Shown piece after piece: positions 55,118 to 64,000 of a stretch of 64,000 nucleotides of DNA. The number at the start of each line of letters is the position of its first letter. Position 1 is the stretch's first letter. The stretch is from Dehalococcoidia bacterium (GTDB lineage Bacteria; Chloroflexota; Dehalococcoidia; DSTF01; JACRBR01). The stretch covers positions 1 through 64,000 of the forward strand of contig JBGQBE010000013.1 in assembly GCA_041494685.1 (NCBI GenBank). The letters are read 5' to 3'. A program made the translations under genes and the position numbers. The notes beneath the pieces were generated by a model, which was given only the letters and a program-made list of their open reading frames with translations, ran no database searches and was not told the DNA's origin.

Positions 55118-56326
55118 ATGGACGTCCGCAAGTGGCGCTGGCCGCTGTTCATGGCGGCGCTCGCCTGGCCCGCAGCCACGCTCCGATTAGGGCTCTGGAG
55201 CACCGCGCTGCCGGCCGAGACCCTGTGCTACGGCCTGGCGATCGTGTCGGCCGCGTTCCTGCTGACGTGGTGCGCCGAGGCGGCGGAGCGCGACATCCCG
55301 CGCACGCTGGCGCTGGCGGGGTTGGCGCTTGTCGCCGTACTGCCGGAGTACGCGGTGGACATGCTGTTCGCCTGGAAGGCGGGCCGGGACCCGTCCTACG
55401 CGGCGTTCGCGACAGCCAACATGACGGGCGGTAACCGGCTGCTGGTGGGCCTGGGCTGGACGATGGTCGTGGGCATCTTCTGGCTGCGCACCCGCGGCAG
55501 CCTGCTGAAACTCGCCGAGACGCACCGCACCGAGATCGGCATCCTCGGCATCGCCACCGTCTACTCGTTCATCATCCCGCTGCGCGGCGGCATCACCCTG
55601 TTCGACGCGGCGTTCCTCGTGGGCCTCTTTGGCGTGTACGTCTTCCTCGCGTCACGCGGCGAGATCGAAGAGGAGTCGTCGCTCGTCGGTCCGGCCGAGA
55701 CGATCGCCAACCTGCCGACGAGGCAACGAAGGAGCGTCGTGCTGGCGATGTTCCTCTACGCGGGCGCAGGGATCCTCGTCGCCGCCGAGCCGTTCGCAGA
55801 CGGGCTGATCCAGACCGGAGCGCAGTTCGGCATCGATGAGTTCCAGCTCGTGCAGTGGCTGGCGCCGCTGGCGTCGGAGTTCCCCGAGTTCCTCGTCGCC
55901 GGCTTGCTGGCGTGGCGGCTGCGCCCGGACGCGGCGCTGGGCGCGCTGGTGTCGTCGAAGGTCAACCAGTGGACGCTGCTCGTGGGCTGCCTGCCGATCG
56001 CCTACGCGATCTCGAGCGGCACCATCAACCCGTTGCCGACCGATACGCGACAGACGGAGGAGATGCTGCTGACGGCCGCGCAGAGCCTGCTGGCCGTGAT
56101 CCTGCTGATCAACCTGCGGATGTCGCTGGCGGAGGCCGGTGCGCTGGCGGTGCTCTTCCTCGCCCAGTTCCTGACGCCGCACTCGATCGTACCGCGCAAC
56201 GACTTCGCTGCGATGTACTTCGTGCTCGCAGCCGTGTTCCTGGTGCGGCAGTACTTCGAAATGCGGCCGTTCATGCGCCGCGTCCCGGCGGCGCCGCCCG
56301 AAGTGCCAGACCCGCCGCCGGCTTGA
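55118..56326 (+). CDS. Cation/Ca2+ antiporter (CaCA, Na_Ca_ex) family transporter
   Basis: Two alpha repeats, AVLPEYAV...ANMTGGN and LASEFPEF...LVSSKVNQ; many TM helices. Confidence 0.88.
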   Translation: MDVRKWRWPLFMAALAWPAATLRLGLWSTALPAETLCYGLAIVSAAFLLTWCAEAAERDIPRTLALAGLALVAVLPEYAVDMLFAWKAGRDPSYAAFATANMTGGNRLLVGLGWTMVVGIFWLRTRGSLLKLAETHRTEIGILGIATVYSFIIPLRGGITLFDAAFLVGLFGVYVFLASRGEIEEESSLVGPAETIANLPTRQRRSVVLAMFLYAGAGILVAAEPFADGLIQTGAQFGIDEFQLVQWLAPLASEFPEFLVAGLLAWRLRPDAALGALVSSKVNQWTLLVGCLPIAYAISSGTINPLPTDTRQTEEMLLTAAQSLLAVILLINLRMSLAEAGALAVLFLAQFLTPHSIVPRNDFAAMYFVLAAVFLVRQYFEMRPFMRRVPAAPPEVPDPPPA

Positions 56327-56388
56327 CAGGCGTATCCCGTCCGGCGGATCCTCTGCACCATCACGGATTCGCTGGAAGGAGTTGACGG

Positions 56389-56829
56389 ATCGATCCGCAT
56401 CAGGAATCGCAGGCGCTGCTCCGGCAGGCGCGCGAGCGCCACGCCGCGCACGACGTCGCCGGCGGCGTCGACCTCGCGCGGCGTGCGGTCGCGGTCGACC
56501 CGGAGAACGCCGACGCGCTGGAGCACCTGGCGACCGTACTGGTCACGCGCCGCGGCCAGTACGCCGAGGGGCTTGCGCTGATCGAGCGCGCGGTGGCGCT
56601 GCGGCCGGCCGACGCCGGCATGTGGTACGCGCTGGGCTGGTGCTGCGAATTCGCCGCCCACGAACTGCACCGGCGTCCGCCCGCGGGCGAGCACGTCCTC
56701 CCGCGCGCGCTCTACGAGCGCGCCGCCGAGGCGTTCCGCTCGTGCCTGGCGCTGCACCCGGACGGCAAGCTCCAGGGCGACGCCGAGGACCTGCTCGACC
56801 ACGTCGAGAACACGCTGCTGTCGCTTTAG
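56389..56829 (+). CDS. TPR-repeat protein (probable ATC start)
   Basis: RRAVAVDPENADALEHLA, ERAVALRPADAGMWYALG, RSCLALHP; frame bounded by TGA at 56383-56385; AAGGAG at 56376-56381, then 7 nt, then ATC. Confidence 0.8.
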   Translation: MDPHQESQALLRQARERHAAHDVAGGVDLARRAVAVDPENADALEHLATVLVTRRGQYAEGLALIERAVALRPADAGMWYALGWCCEFAAHELHRRPPAGEHVLPRALYERAAEAFRSCLALHPDGKLQGDAEDLLDHVENTLLSL

Positions 56830-56916
56830 GCGGCGTGCGTTCGCACGTCCCCTGCCCTGCTCGTAGAATGAGCTTCGTAGCGCGCATCAGGTTCACGCCG
56901 CAGGAAGGGCAGATCC

Positions 56917-58275
56917 ATGCCAGCAATCACCGAGCGTTATGTTGATCTACACCCCGGCTCGCGGCGGCTTCACGACCGCGCGGCGGCCCTCTTCCCGAAC
57001 GGCGTCACGCACGACATGCGCCACACCTCGCCCTTCCCGCTCTACGTGGAGCGCGCGTCCGGGAGCCGCAAGCGCGACGTCGATGGCAACGAGATCATCG
57101 ACTACGTCATGGGGCACGGCGCCCTCCTGCTGGGCCACCAGCACCCCGACGTCGTGCGCGCGGTGGCGGCGCAGGCGCAACGCGGCACGCACTACGGCGC
57201 GTCGCACGAACTCGAGATCCGCTGGGGCGAGCTGGTGCACCGCATCGTCCCGTCGGCGCAGAAGCTGCGCTTCACGTCGTCCGGCACCGAGGCGACGATG
57301 ATGGCGCTGCGCCTGGCGCGCGCGTTCACCGGACGCGAGAAAGTGCTACGACTCTACGACAACTTTCACGGCTGGAACGACAGCGTCACGGGCCAGCCCG
57401 TGCGCGAAGAGACGGTGCCGCGCGCGCCGGGGCTGCCCCGCGGCTTTCTCGACGCTTCGATCGTCATCCCCCAGAATGACGTCGCAGCGCTCGAGCGCAC
57501 GCTGCGCGAGGACGGCGGCCAGATCGCCGCAATGATCTTCGAAGGCACGGGCGCTCACTGGGGCACCAACCCGATCGACCTGGATTACGTGCGCCGCGCG
57601 CGCGAGCTGACGGCGCAGCTCGGCGTCGTGCTGATCTTCGACGAGGTGATCACGGGGTTCCGCGTCGCGCCGGGCGGCGCGCAGGAGGCGTACGGCATCA
57701 CGCCGGACATGACGACGATGGCGAAGATCCTGGCCGGCGGACTGCCGGGCGGCTGCGTCGCCGGTCGCGCGGACATCATCGACCAGATCGCGATCCCGGA
57801 CGGAGCGACGCGCGCGAACGGCAGCGCGCGCATCGCGCATCCCGGCACGTTCAACGCGAACCCGCTCTCGTCGGCCGCGGGATCGGCGTGCCTTGCGCTG
57901 ATCGCCGATGGCACGCACCAGCAGCGTGCGGCCGCCAGCGCGGCGACGCTTGCGCGCGCTCTGAACGCCGTGTTCCGCGACGAGTCAGTCGCCGGGTGCG
58001 TGTACGGCATCTCGTCGATGCTGCACGTCGCGCTGGGGATGGAGGAGCAGCCTCCCGACGGCTACGGCTGGGGCTTCGCGGCGCTGCCGGCGCCGCCGCC
58101 GCGCGCGTCGAACGCGGCGGACGGGGCGCTGCGGCTGGGCATGCTGAACGAGAGTGTGGACCTGATGGCGGGCGGCATGATGGTGTCGTCGGCGCACACC
58201 CAGGATGACATCGACCGCACCATCGAGGCGTTCCGGCGTACGCTGCGCGCGATGAAGGCCGAGTCGCTGATCTAG
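56917..58275 (+). CDS. Class III PLP aminotransferase (HemL/GSA-aminomutase-like)
   Basis: DVDGNEIIDY, SSGTEA, FHG, LIFDEVITGFR, AKILAGGLP, HPGTFNANP. Confidence 0.9.
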   Translation: MPAITERYVDLHPGSRRLHDRAAALFPNGVTHDMRHTSPFPLYVERASGSRKRDVDGNEIIDYVMGHGALLLGHQHPDVVRAVAAQAQRGTHYGASHELEIRWGELVHRIVPSAQKLRFTSSGTEATMMALRLARAFTGREKVLRLYDNFHGWNDSVTGQPVREETVPRAPGLPRGFLDASIVIPQNDVAALERTLREDGGQIAAMIFEGTGAHWGTNPIDLDYVRRARELTAQLGVVLIFDEVITGFRVAPGGAQEAYGITPDMTTMAKILAGGLPGGCVAGRADIIDQIAIPDGATRANGSARIAHPGTFNANPLSSAAGSACLALIADGTHQQRAAASAATLARALNAVFRDESVAGCVYGISSMLHVALGMEEQPPDGYGWGFAALPAPPPRASNAADGALRLGMLNESVDLMAGGMMVSSAHTQDDIDRTIEAFRRTLRAMKAESLI

Positions 58276-58277
58276 CG

Positions 58278-58514
58278 CTACTTCTCGGGAAACGTCACGA
58301 GCGACGTGGTGCTCTCGATGCCCGGGATGGTGCGGATCTTGTCGCTCAGGATCGGCGGCACCTCGCTCAGCGATTCGACCTGCAGCTCGATGACGATGTC
58401 GTACGGCCCCATCACCTCGTGCATCTCTTTCACGCCCTGGACATTGTGGAGCGCCGCAACCACCTCTTTCGTCGCGCCAGGGTTCGTCACTACGAGCACA
58501 TAGGCCTTGATCAC
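58278..58514 (-). CDS. Stand-alone Lrp/AsnC ligand-binding (RAM) domain protein
   Basis: KAYVLV...HEVMGPYDIV...KIRTIPGIESTTS; no HTH; AGGAGG SD. Confidence 0.88.
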   Translation of the reverse strand: MIKAYVLVVTNPGATKEVVAALHNVQGVKEMHEVMGPYDIVIELQVESLSEVPPILSDKIRTIPGIESTTSLVTFPEK

Positions 58515-58783
58515 GGCTGCGCCTCCTGCATCTGCTTAACGGTATGATCACTTGCTCTGGTGGGGCGGACGGCGGATACTGGGAGTCGCGCCCGGCCCGC
58601 GGGCGCGCTATGGCGTATAGGTACAGCGATCGGGGCACCCACGTCAAACGGTGCGTCCTCCCAGAATCGGAGTTCCCGGACACGCCGCGAGCCGACCGGT
58701 GCGCTACAATGGTTCCGAAGCGCTCGTGCGCAGACTGACGTGCGAGCGGGCCGCGCCGGACAAGGGCGAGGCAGAGGCCAAAC

Positions 58784-59248
58784 GTGGTCGAAGAGATATT
58801 TCAGACCGACCCCATCTCCGCTCTCGGACTTCCTCCCCCCGTCTCCATTGGACGTGATGCCAGCGTAGGCGCAGCCCTTGCGGCCGTGCAGAAGCACGGC
58901 ATGGGCTACGTGCTCGTCGTCGACGCGGGCAGGCCCGTCGGGCTGATGAGCGAGCGCGAAGTCCTGATGCGGATCGTCGCGCGCGATGTGAAGTACGACG
59001 AAAGCGTCGACAAATACATGTCGCACGCCCCCGAGAGCCTGACGCTCAAGGATCCGATCGCGACGGCGGTGCGGATGATGAACGAGGGCGGAGAGCGCAA
59101 CATCCCGATCGTGGACGAGACCGGGGCGGCGGTGGCCGTCCTGCGGACGCTCGACATTATCCACTTCCTGGCGGAGGTATTCCCGGCGCAAGTCATGAAC
59201 CTGCCGCCGCGGCCTCACCAGATGATCCCGGAGCCGGAGGGGGCCTAG
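58784..59248 (+). CDS. CBS-pair protein
   Basis: [24 protein letters not shown]; stop overlaps the oxidoreductase alpha start. Confidence 0.88.
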   Translation: MVEEIFQTDPISALGLPPPVSIGRDASVGAALAAVQKHGMGYVLVVDAGRPVGLMSEREVLMRIVARDVKYDESVDKYMSHAPESLTLKDPIATAVRMMNEGGERNIPIVDETGAAVAVLRTLDIIHFLAEVFPAQVMNLPPRPHQMIPEPEGA

Positions 59249-61110
59249 TGACAACGCTGACGAGAGAATCCGAACAGCCGGAGCATTCGGAAGTCCTGGA
59301 GCTAGAGCGGGTAACCATCCGTTTCGCGGGCGACTCCGGCGACGGTATGCAGCTCGCAGGCACGCAGTTCACGAAGACATCCGCGGTCGCGGGCAACGAC
59401 ATCTCCACTTTCCCCGACATCCCCGCAGAGATCCGGGCGCCGCAGGGCTCCCTCCCCGGCGTCAGCGGCTTCCAGGTCAGCTTCTCCAGCCAGGAGATCT
59501 ACACCCCCGGCGACGCGCCCGATGTGCTGGTCGCGATGAACCCGGCCGCCCTGAAGACGAACCTCGCGGACCTGCCACGCGGCGGACTGCTGGTGGTGAA
59601 CGAGGACGAGTTCAACGAGACGAACCTGAAGAAGGCGGCGTACGCAGCCAACCCGCTGGAAGACGACAGCCTCAAGGCATACCGGCTCTACCGCGTGCCC
59701 ATCTCGGCGCTGAACTCCCGGGCGCTGGCCGACAGCGGGCTGACGGCGGTGCAGATCGACCGCTGCAAGAACATGTTCGCGCTGGGGCTGATGTTCTGGA
59801 TGTACAGCCGCGAGCTCGACACGACCACGCACTGGATCGAGGATAAGTTCGGCAAGAACCCGAAGGTCGCCGAAGGCAACAAGGCCGCGCTGAAGGCGGG
59901 ATACCATTTCGGCGAGACGACCGAGATGTTCGCCACGCACTACCACGTGCCGAAGGCGAAGCTGAAGCCGGGCCTCTACCGCAACATCACGGGCAACGAG
60001 GCGACGGCGCTGGGGTTCCTGACCGCGTCGAAACTCGCGGGGCGGCCGCTGTTCTACGGCAGCTACCCGATCACGCCGGCGAGCGACGTGCTGCACGAAC
60101 TCGCGCGCTTCAAGCGCTTCGGCGTGAAGACGTTCCAGGCCGAGGATGAGATCGCGGCGATCGGATCTGCCATCGGCGCGTCGTTCGGCGGCGCGCTGGC
60201 GCTCACGGGCACCAGCGGCCCGGGCCTGGCGCTGAAAAGCGAGGCGATCGGCCTCGCGGTGATGGTGGAGCTGCCCCTGGTGATCATGGACGTGCAGCGC
60301 GCCGGCCCCAGCACGGGCATGCCGACAAAGACCGAGCAGGGCGACCTGCTCCAGGCGATGTTCGGACGCAACGGCGAATCGCCGGTAGCGATTGTCGCGC
60401 CGGCGACGGCGTCCGACTGTTTCCACGTGGCGATCGAGGCGTTCCGTATCGCGGTCAAGTACCGCACGCCGGTGATCTTTCTGTCGGACGGCTACCTCGG
60501 CATGGGCTCCGAGCCGTGGCTGGTGCCGGACTTCACGACGCTGCCGCCGATCGACCCGGACTTCGCCACGGACCCGGCGACATTCAAGCCGTACGCGCGC
60601 AACCCGGAGACGCTCGCGCGCCCGTGGGCCGTCCCCGGCACGCCGGATCTCGAGCACCGCATCGGCGGACTCGAGAAGGCGGACATCACGGGCAACGTCA
60701 GCTACGACGCCGCAAACCACGACAAGATGGTCCGGCTGCGCGCCGCCAAGATCGAGAAGATCGTGCAGGACGTGCCCGATCTCGAAGTCGCGGGCGACCA
60801 GTCCGGGGGGCTGCTCGTGCTTGGCTGGGGCAGCACGTACGGCGTCATCACGACCGCCGTACAGCGGGCGCGGGCGCAGGGCAAGAAGGTCTCGGCGGCG
60901 CACCTGCGCCACCTGAACCCGCTGCCCGCGAACTTGGGCGACGTGCTGATGCGCTACGACCGGGTGCTCATGCCGGAGATCAACCTGGGGCAGATGCGCA
61001 TGCTGGTGCGGGCGCGCTACCTCGTCGACGTCGTGGGGCTGAACAAGGTCTCGGGCCGCCCCTTCACCATCGCAGAGATCGAGAACAAGATCGCCGAGCT
61101 CGTCGGCTAG
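59248..61110 (+). CDS. korA: 2-oxoacid:ferredoxin oxidoreductase alpha subunit (gamma-alpha fusion)
   Basis: [44 protein letters not shown]; substrate not determined. Confidence 0.92.
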   Translation: MTTLTRESEQPEHSEVLELERVTIRFAGDSGDGMQLAGTQFTKTSAVAGNDISTFPDIPAEIRAPQGSLPGVSGFQVSFSSQEIYTPGDAPDVLVAMNPAALKTNLADLPRGGLLVVNEDEFNETNLKKAAYAANPLEDDSLKAYRLYRVPISALNSRALADSGLTAVQIDRCKNMFALGLMFWMYSRELDTTTHWIEDKFGKNPKVAEGNKAALKAGYHFGETTEMFATHYHVPKAKLKPGLYRNITGNEATALGFLTASKLAGRPLFYGSYPITPASDVLHELARFKRFGVKTFQAEDEIAAIGSAIGASFGGALALTGTSGPGLALKSEAIGLAVMVELPLVIMDVQRAGPSTGMPTKTEQGDLLQAMFGRNGESPVAIVAPATASDCFHVAIEAFRIAVKYRTPVIFLSDGYLGMGSEPWLVPDFTTLPPIDPDFATDPATFKPYARNPETLARPWAVPGTPDLEHRIGGLEKADITGNVSYDAANHDKMVRLRAAKIEKIVQDVPDLEVAGDQSGGLLVLGWGSTYGVITTAVQRARAQGKKVSAAHLRHLNPLPANLGDVLMRYDRVLMPEINLGQMRMLVRARYLVDVVGLNKVSGRPFTIAEIENKIAELVG

Positions 61111-61124
61111 TCAGAGGCAAGGAC

Positions 61125-62156
61125 ATGGTAACGGCGAAACGCGGTGAACCGGTCGGTGTGCTGTCGCGCAAGGACTTCGTGTCGGATCAGGAAGTGCGCT
61201 GGTGCCCCGGCTGCGGCGACTACTCGATCCTGGCGCAGACGCAGAAGGTGATGCCTGAGCTCGGCATCCCGCGCGAGAACATCGTATTCATCTCCGGCAT
61301 CGGCTGCTCCAGCCGGCTGCCGTACTACATGAACACGTACGGCTTCCACAGCATCCACGGACGCGCGGCGACCATCGCCAGCGGCCTGAAGGCGGCGCGG
61401 CCGGAGCTAAGCGTCTGGGTGACGACGGGCGACGGCGACGCGCTGAGCATCGGCGGCAACCACCTGCTGCACGTGCTGCGCCGCAACGTGGACCTGCAGA
61501 TCGTCCTGCACAACAACGAGATCTACGGTCTGACGAAGGGCCAGTACTCTCCGACGTCGGAATTCGGCAAGCGGACGAAGTCGTCGCCGTACGGCACGAT
61601 CGACCGTCCGCTGCAGCCCCTCAGCGTCGCCATCGGAGCGGAGGCGACGTTTGTGGCACGGAGCATCGACGCGGACGCGCACCACCTGGTGGCGACGCTG
61701 GAACGCGCGTACAAGCACCGCGGCGCGTCGTTCGTCGAGGTCTTCCAGAACTGCAACATCTTCAACGACGGTGCCTTCGCGGAGTTCACCGCGAAGGAGG
61801 TGCGCGCCGACCGCACGATCGTGCTGGAGCACGGCAAGCCGATGATCTTCGGCAAGGAGCGGGACAAGGGCATCCGCCTCAACGGCACGAAGCTCGAGGT
61901 GGTGCAACTGGGTAACGGCGTCACCGAGACCGACTTACTGGTGCATGACGAACAGCGCGACGACCCATCGATCGCGTTCATGCTCAGCCGCATGCAATGG
62001 CCGGAGTGCCCCGTGGCGCTCGGCGTGCTGCGCGCCGTGGACCGACCGACGTACGACACGCTCATGACTGAGCAGATCGAGCACGCGATCGCGGCCGAGG
62101 GCGAAGGCGATCTGAAAGACATCTTCCTCGAAGGCGACACCTGGACGGTGGAGTAG
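61125..62156 (+). CDS. korB: 2-oxoacid:ferredoxin oxidoreductase beta subunit
   Basis: WCPGCGD, SGIGCSSR, IHGR, GDGD, NNEIYGLTKGQYSPT, QNC. Confidence 0.93.
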   Translation: MVTAKRGEPVGVLSRKDFVSDQEVRWCPGCGDYSILAQTQKVMPELGIPRENIVFISGIGCSSRLPYYMNTYGFHSIHGRAATIASGLKAARPELSVWVTTGDGDALSIGGNHLLHVLRRNVDLQIVLHNNEIYGLTKGQYSPTSEFGKRTKSSPYGTIDRPLQPLSVAIGAEATFVARSIDADAHHLVATLERAYKHRGASFVEVFQNCNIFNDGAFAEFTAKEVRADRTIVLEHGKPMIFGKERDKGIRLNGTKLEVVQLGNGVTETDLLVHDEQRDDPSIAFMLSRMQWPECPVALGVLRAVDRPTYDTLMTEQIEHAIAAEGEGDLKDIFLEGDTWTVE

Positions 62157-62158
62157 CT

Positions 62159-62668
62159 ATGCTCTGTCCCGAATGCCGGCACGACAACATCGAGGGCGTA
62201 GACCAGTGCGCGAACTGCGGGCACGACCTGTCGAGCCTTGACCACGCCGATGGCCGCGCCGGATCGGGCGGCCCGGCGTTCATCCACGAGCGGCTGCGGG
62301 AGATCCCCGCGCAGTCGCCGGTGCGCGTCGCGACGACCGACCCGGTGGGCTTGGCGGTGCGGCTGATGCAGAACGCGGATACCAACTGCGTTCTCGTGAT
62401 GGGCGGCACGCAACTCGTCGGCATCATCACGCCATGGGACATCCTGCACAAAGTCGCCGGACCGAATGAGGACCTGAACGCCGTCACGTGCGGCCAGATC
62501 ATGACCGCCGACCCGGTGTTCCTGCGCGACGACGATGAGATCGCCGTGGCGCTGAACAAGATGTCGATTGGGGGATTCCGTCACATCCCGCTGCTGCAGG
62601 GCGGCATGCCGACCGGCGTCGTCAGCATCAGCGACCTCTTCCGGCACATCGCGCACCACCTGGCGTAA
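62159..62668 (+). CDS. Zinc-ribbon + CBS-pair protein
   Basis: CPEC..N..G.DQCANCG; LVGIITPWDIL, IMTADP, GFRHIP. Confidence 0.88.
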   Translation: MLCPECRHDNIEGVDQCANCGHDLSSLDHADGRAGSGGPAFIHERLREIPAQSPVRVATTDPVGLAVRLMQNADTNCVLVMGGTQLVGIITPWDILHKVAGPNEDLNAVTCGQIMTADPVFLRDDDEIAVALNKMSIGGFRHIPLLQGGMPTGVVSISDLFRHIAHHLA

Positions 62669-62671
62669 CGG

Positions 62672-63697
62672 CTACAGCACCGTCTTCGCGACCATCTCCA
62701 GGAACTTCGGCGGCCCGCCGACGAGCAGCGTCGTCATGATCGTCTCCTTCCACTTCGCCAGGTCGTCGCGGATCTTCGCGATCGGGCCGATCAGCGCCGT
62801 ATCCTCGACCATCTGCCTGGGCACCGCGGCGATCGCTTCGCGCTTCTTCCCGGCGAGGTAGAGGTCCTGGATGCGGATGCACGTCTCCTCGTAGCCCAGC
62901 CGCGCCAGCACCTCGAAGTGGAAGTTCTGCCCGCGCGCGCCCATACCGCCCACATACAGCGCCAGCGTCGGACGGATCATGTCCGCTGCCGCGTCGATGT
63001 CGTCGTTCACGACGATCGGCACGCTGGCGGGGATCTCGAAGTCCGCCCACGAGCGGCGTGCGTTCGGCCGGGCGAATCCCTCGTTCAGCGCGTCGCGGTA
63101 GAAGGCGTTGCTCTTGGGTGAGAAGAACGCCGGCAGCCAGCCGTCCGCGATCTCGGCGGCCATGGCGACGTTCTTCGGGCCTTCCGCGCCGAGGAGGATC
63201 GGCACGTCGGCGCGCAGCGGGTGCACGGTCGACTTCAGCGCCTTCCCGAGGCCGGTGCCGCCGTGGTACGGCATCTGGTAGTGGTGGCCGGAGAACTCGA
63301 CCGGCGCCTCGCGCGCCAGCACGCGGCGGATGATCTCGACGTACTCGCGCGTCCGCTCGAGGGGCCTGGAGTACGGCTGCCCGTACCAGCCCTCCACCAC
63401 CTGCGGCCCAGAGGCGCCAAGGCCGAGGATGAAGCGCCCGTTCGACAGGTAGTCGAGCGTCAGCGCGGCCATCGCCATCGCCGCGGGCGTGCGGGCGCTG
63501 ATCTGCGCGATGGCGGTGCCCATGCGGATGCGGGAGGTCTTCGAGCCCCACCAGGCGATCGGCGTCAGCGCGTCCGAGCCGTACGCCTCGGCGGTCCAGA
63601 AGGAGTCGAACCCCAGATCCTCCGCCGCGCGAATGCTCTCTTCGATGCCAGCCGGCGGGCCGCTGGACCAGTAGCCCGCTGAGTACCCGAGTTTCAT
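62672..63697 (-). CDS. LLM-class F420-dependent oxidoreductase
   Basis: WTAEAYGSDA, ARTPA, LGLGASGPQVVEGWYG, AEGPKNV, LYVGGMG. Confidence 0.9.
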   Translation of the reverse strand: MKLGYSAGYWSSGPPAGIEESIRAAEDLGFDSFWTAEAYGSDALTPIAWWGSKTSRIRMGTAIAQISARTPAAMAMAALTLDYLSNGRFILGLGASGPQVVEGWYGQPYSRPLERTREYVEIIRRVLAREAPVEFSGHHYQMPYHGGTGLGKALKSTVHPLRADVPILLGAEGPKNVAMAAEIADGWLPAFFSPKSNAFYRDALNEGFARPNARRSWADFEIPASVPIVVNDDIDAAADMIRPTLALYVGGMGARGQNFHFEVLARLGYEETCIRIQDLYLAGKKREAIAAVPRQMVEDTALIGPIAKIRDDLAKWKETIMTTLLVGGPPKFLEMVAKTVL

Positions 63698-63798
63698 TCC
63701 GCCCTCCTCTTCGCCGTCCGTGCCTCGCGGCGATCATACCCCGCGCTCCCGCGTCGCACGAGCGCCGGGGCCGCGCGTCCGATATGCTCACCGGCATC

Positions 63799-64000
63799 AT
63801 GACGGGACGCCACGCCATCCACTACCGGCCGATGACAGAGGCCGACGTCTCCGCGACGATGCTGGTCCGCAAGGCGGCGCTCGACTGGCTGATGCGCAGC
63901 GAGGGCCGCGAGCCGCCCGTGTGGATGCCGGGACACAGCAGCACGCTCGACCACCTGGTGCGGACGGATCCGGACGGCGCGTGGGCCTGCGAGATCAACG
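63799..64000 (+). CDS. Partial (3'-truncated) probable GNAT acetyltransferase
   Basis: MTGRHAIHYRPMTEADV...HLVRTDPDGAWACE; frame open to the window end. Confidence 0.6.
   Translation, partial: MTGRHAIHYRPMTEADVSATMLVRKAALDWLMRSEGREPPVWMPGHSSTLDHLVRTDPDGAWACEIN

Noticed and set aside
56383..56385. Selenocysteine/readthrough TGA or frameshift at the TPR gene start
   Set aside because: No SD-supported in-frame upstream start and no TPR-like sequence before the TGA; SD spacing favours ATC
56917..58275. Assigning hemL
   Set aside because: Family is clear but the sequence is divergent and no tetrapyrrole genes are adjacent

Overview
High-GC bacterial chromosome segment, most likely Chloroflexota (Dehalococcoidia-like). 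This is inferred from the tmRNA tag (A)GERQLALAA, an EF-P with a KMGRG loop, an extended PurN-like protein and an F420-type LLM enzyme. Most of the window is housekeeping: dtd, nadBC, glmS, ispH/plsC/cmk, an RluB-like synthase, xseAB, efp/M24 peptidase/aroQ, a dTDP-sugar and glycosyltransferase cluster, GH15, ssrA/smpB, an S41 protease and a 2-oxoacid:ferredoxin oxidoreductase. I saw no integrase, transposase, CRISPR array, rRNA or tRNA. RNA and DNA signals read directly from the sequence are a glmS ribozyme, tmRNA, a yybP-ykoY riboswitch with an overlapping terminator, an NrtR-type operator over the nadB promoter, sigma28-like promoters ahead of c-di-GMP genes, an ECF41-like promoter and several leaderless starts. 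The best leads for new biology are: (1) a disordered scaffold-like protein with four repeats resembling the PopZ N-terminal helix, next to a degenerate GAF-GGDEF gene; (2) a VGGIAE-linker-TM-basic C-terminal tail that may be a sorting signal; (3) two genes that appear to start at ATT/ATC; (4) CBS proteins bracketing the oxidoreductase; (5) a structured leader ahead of an HPD-less J-domain gene; (6) an orphan pilin-like protein. All calls come from motif recognition by eye; no searches were run.
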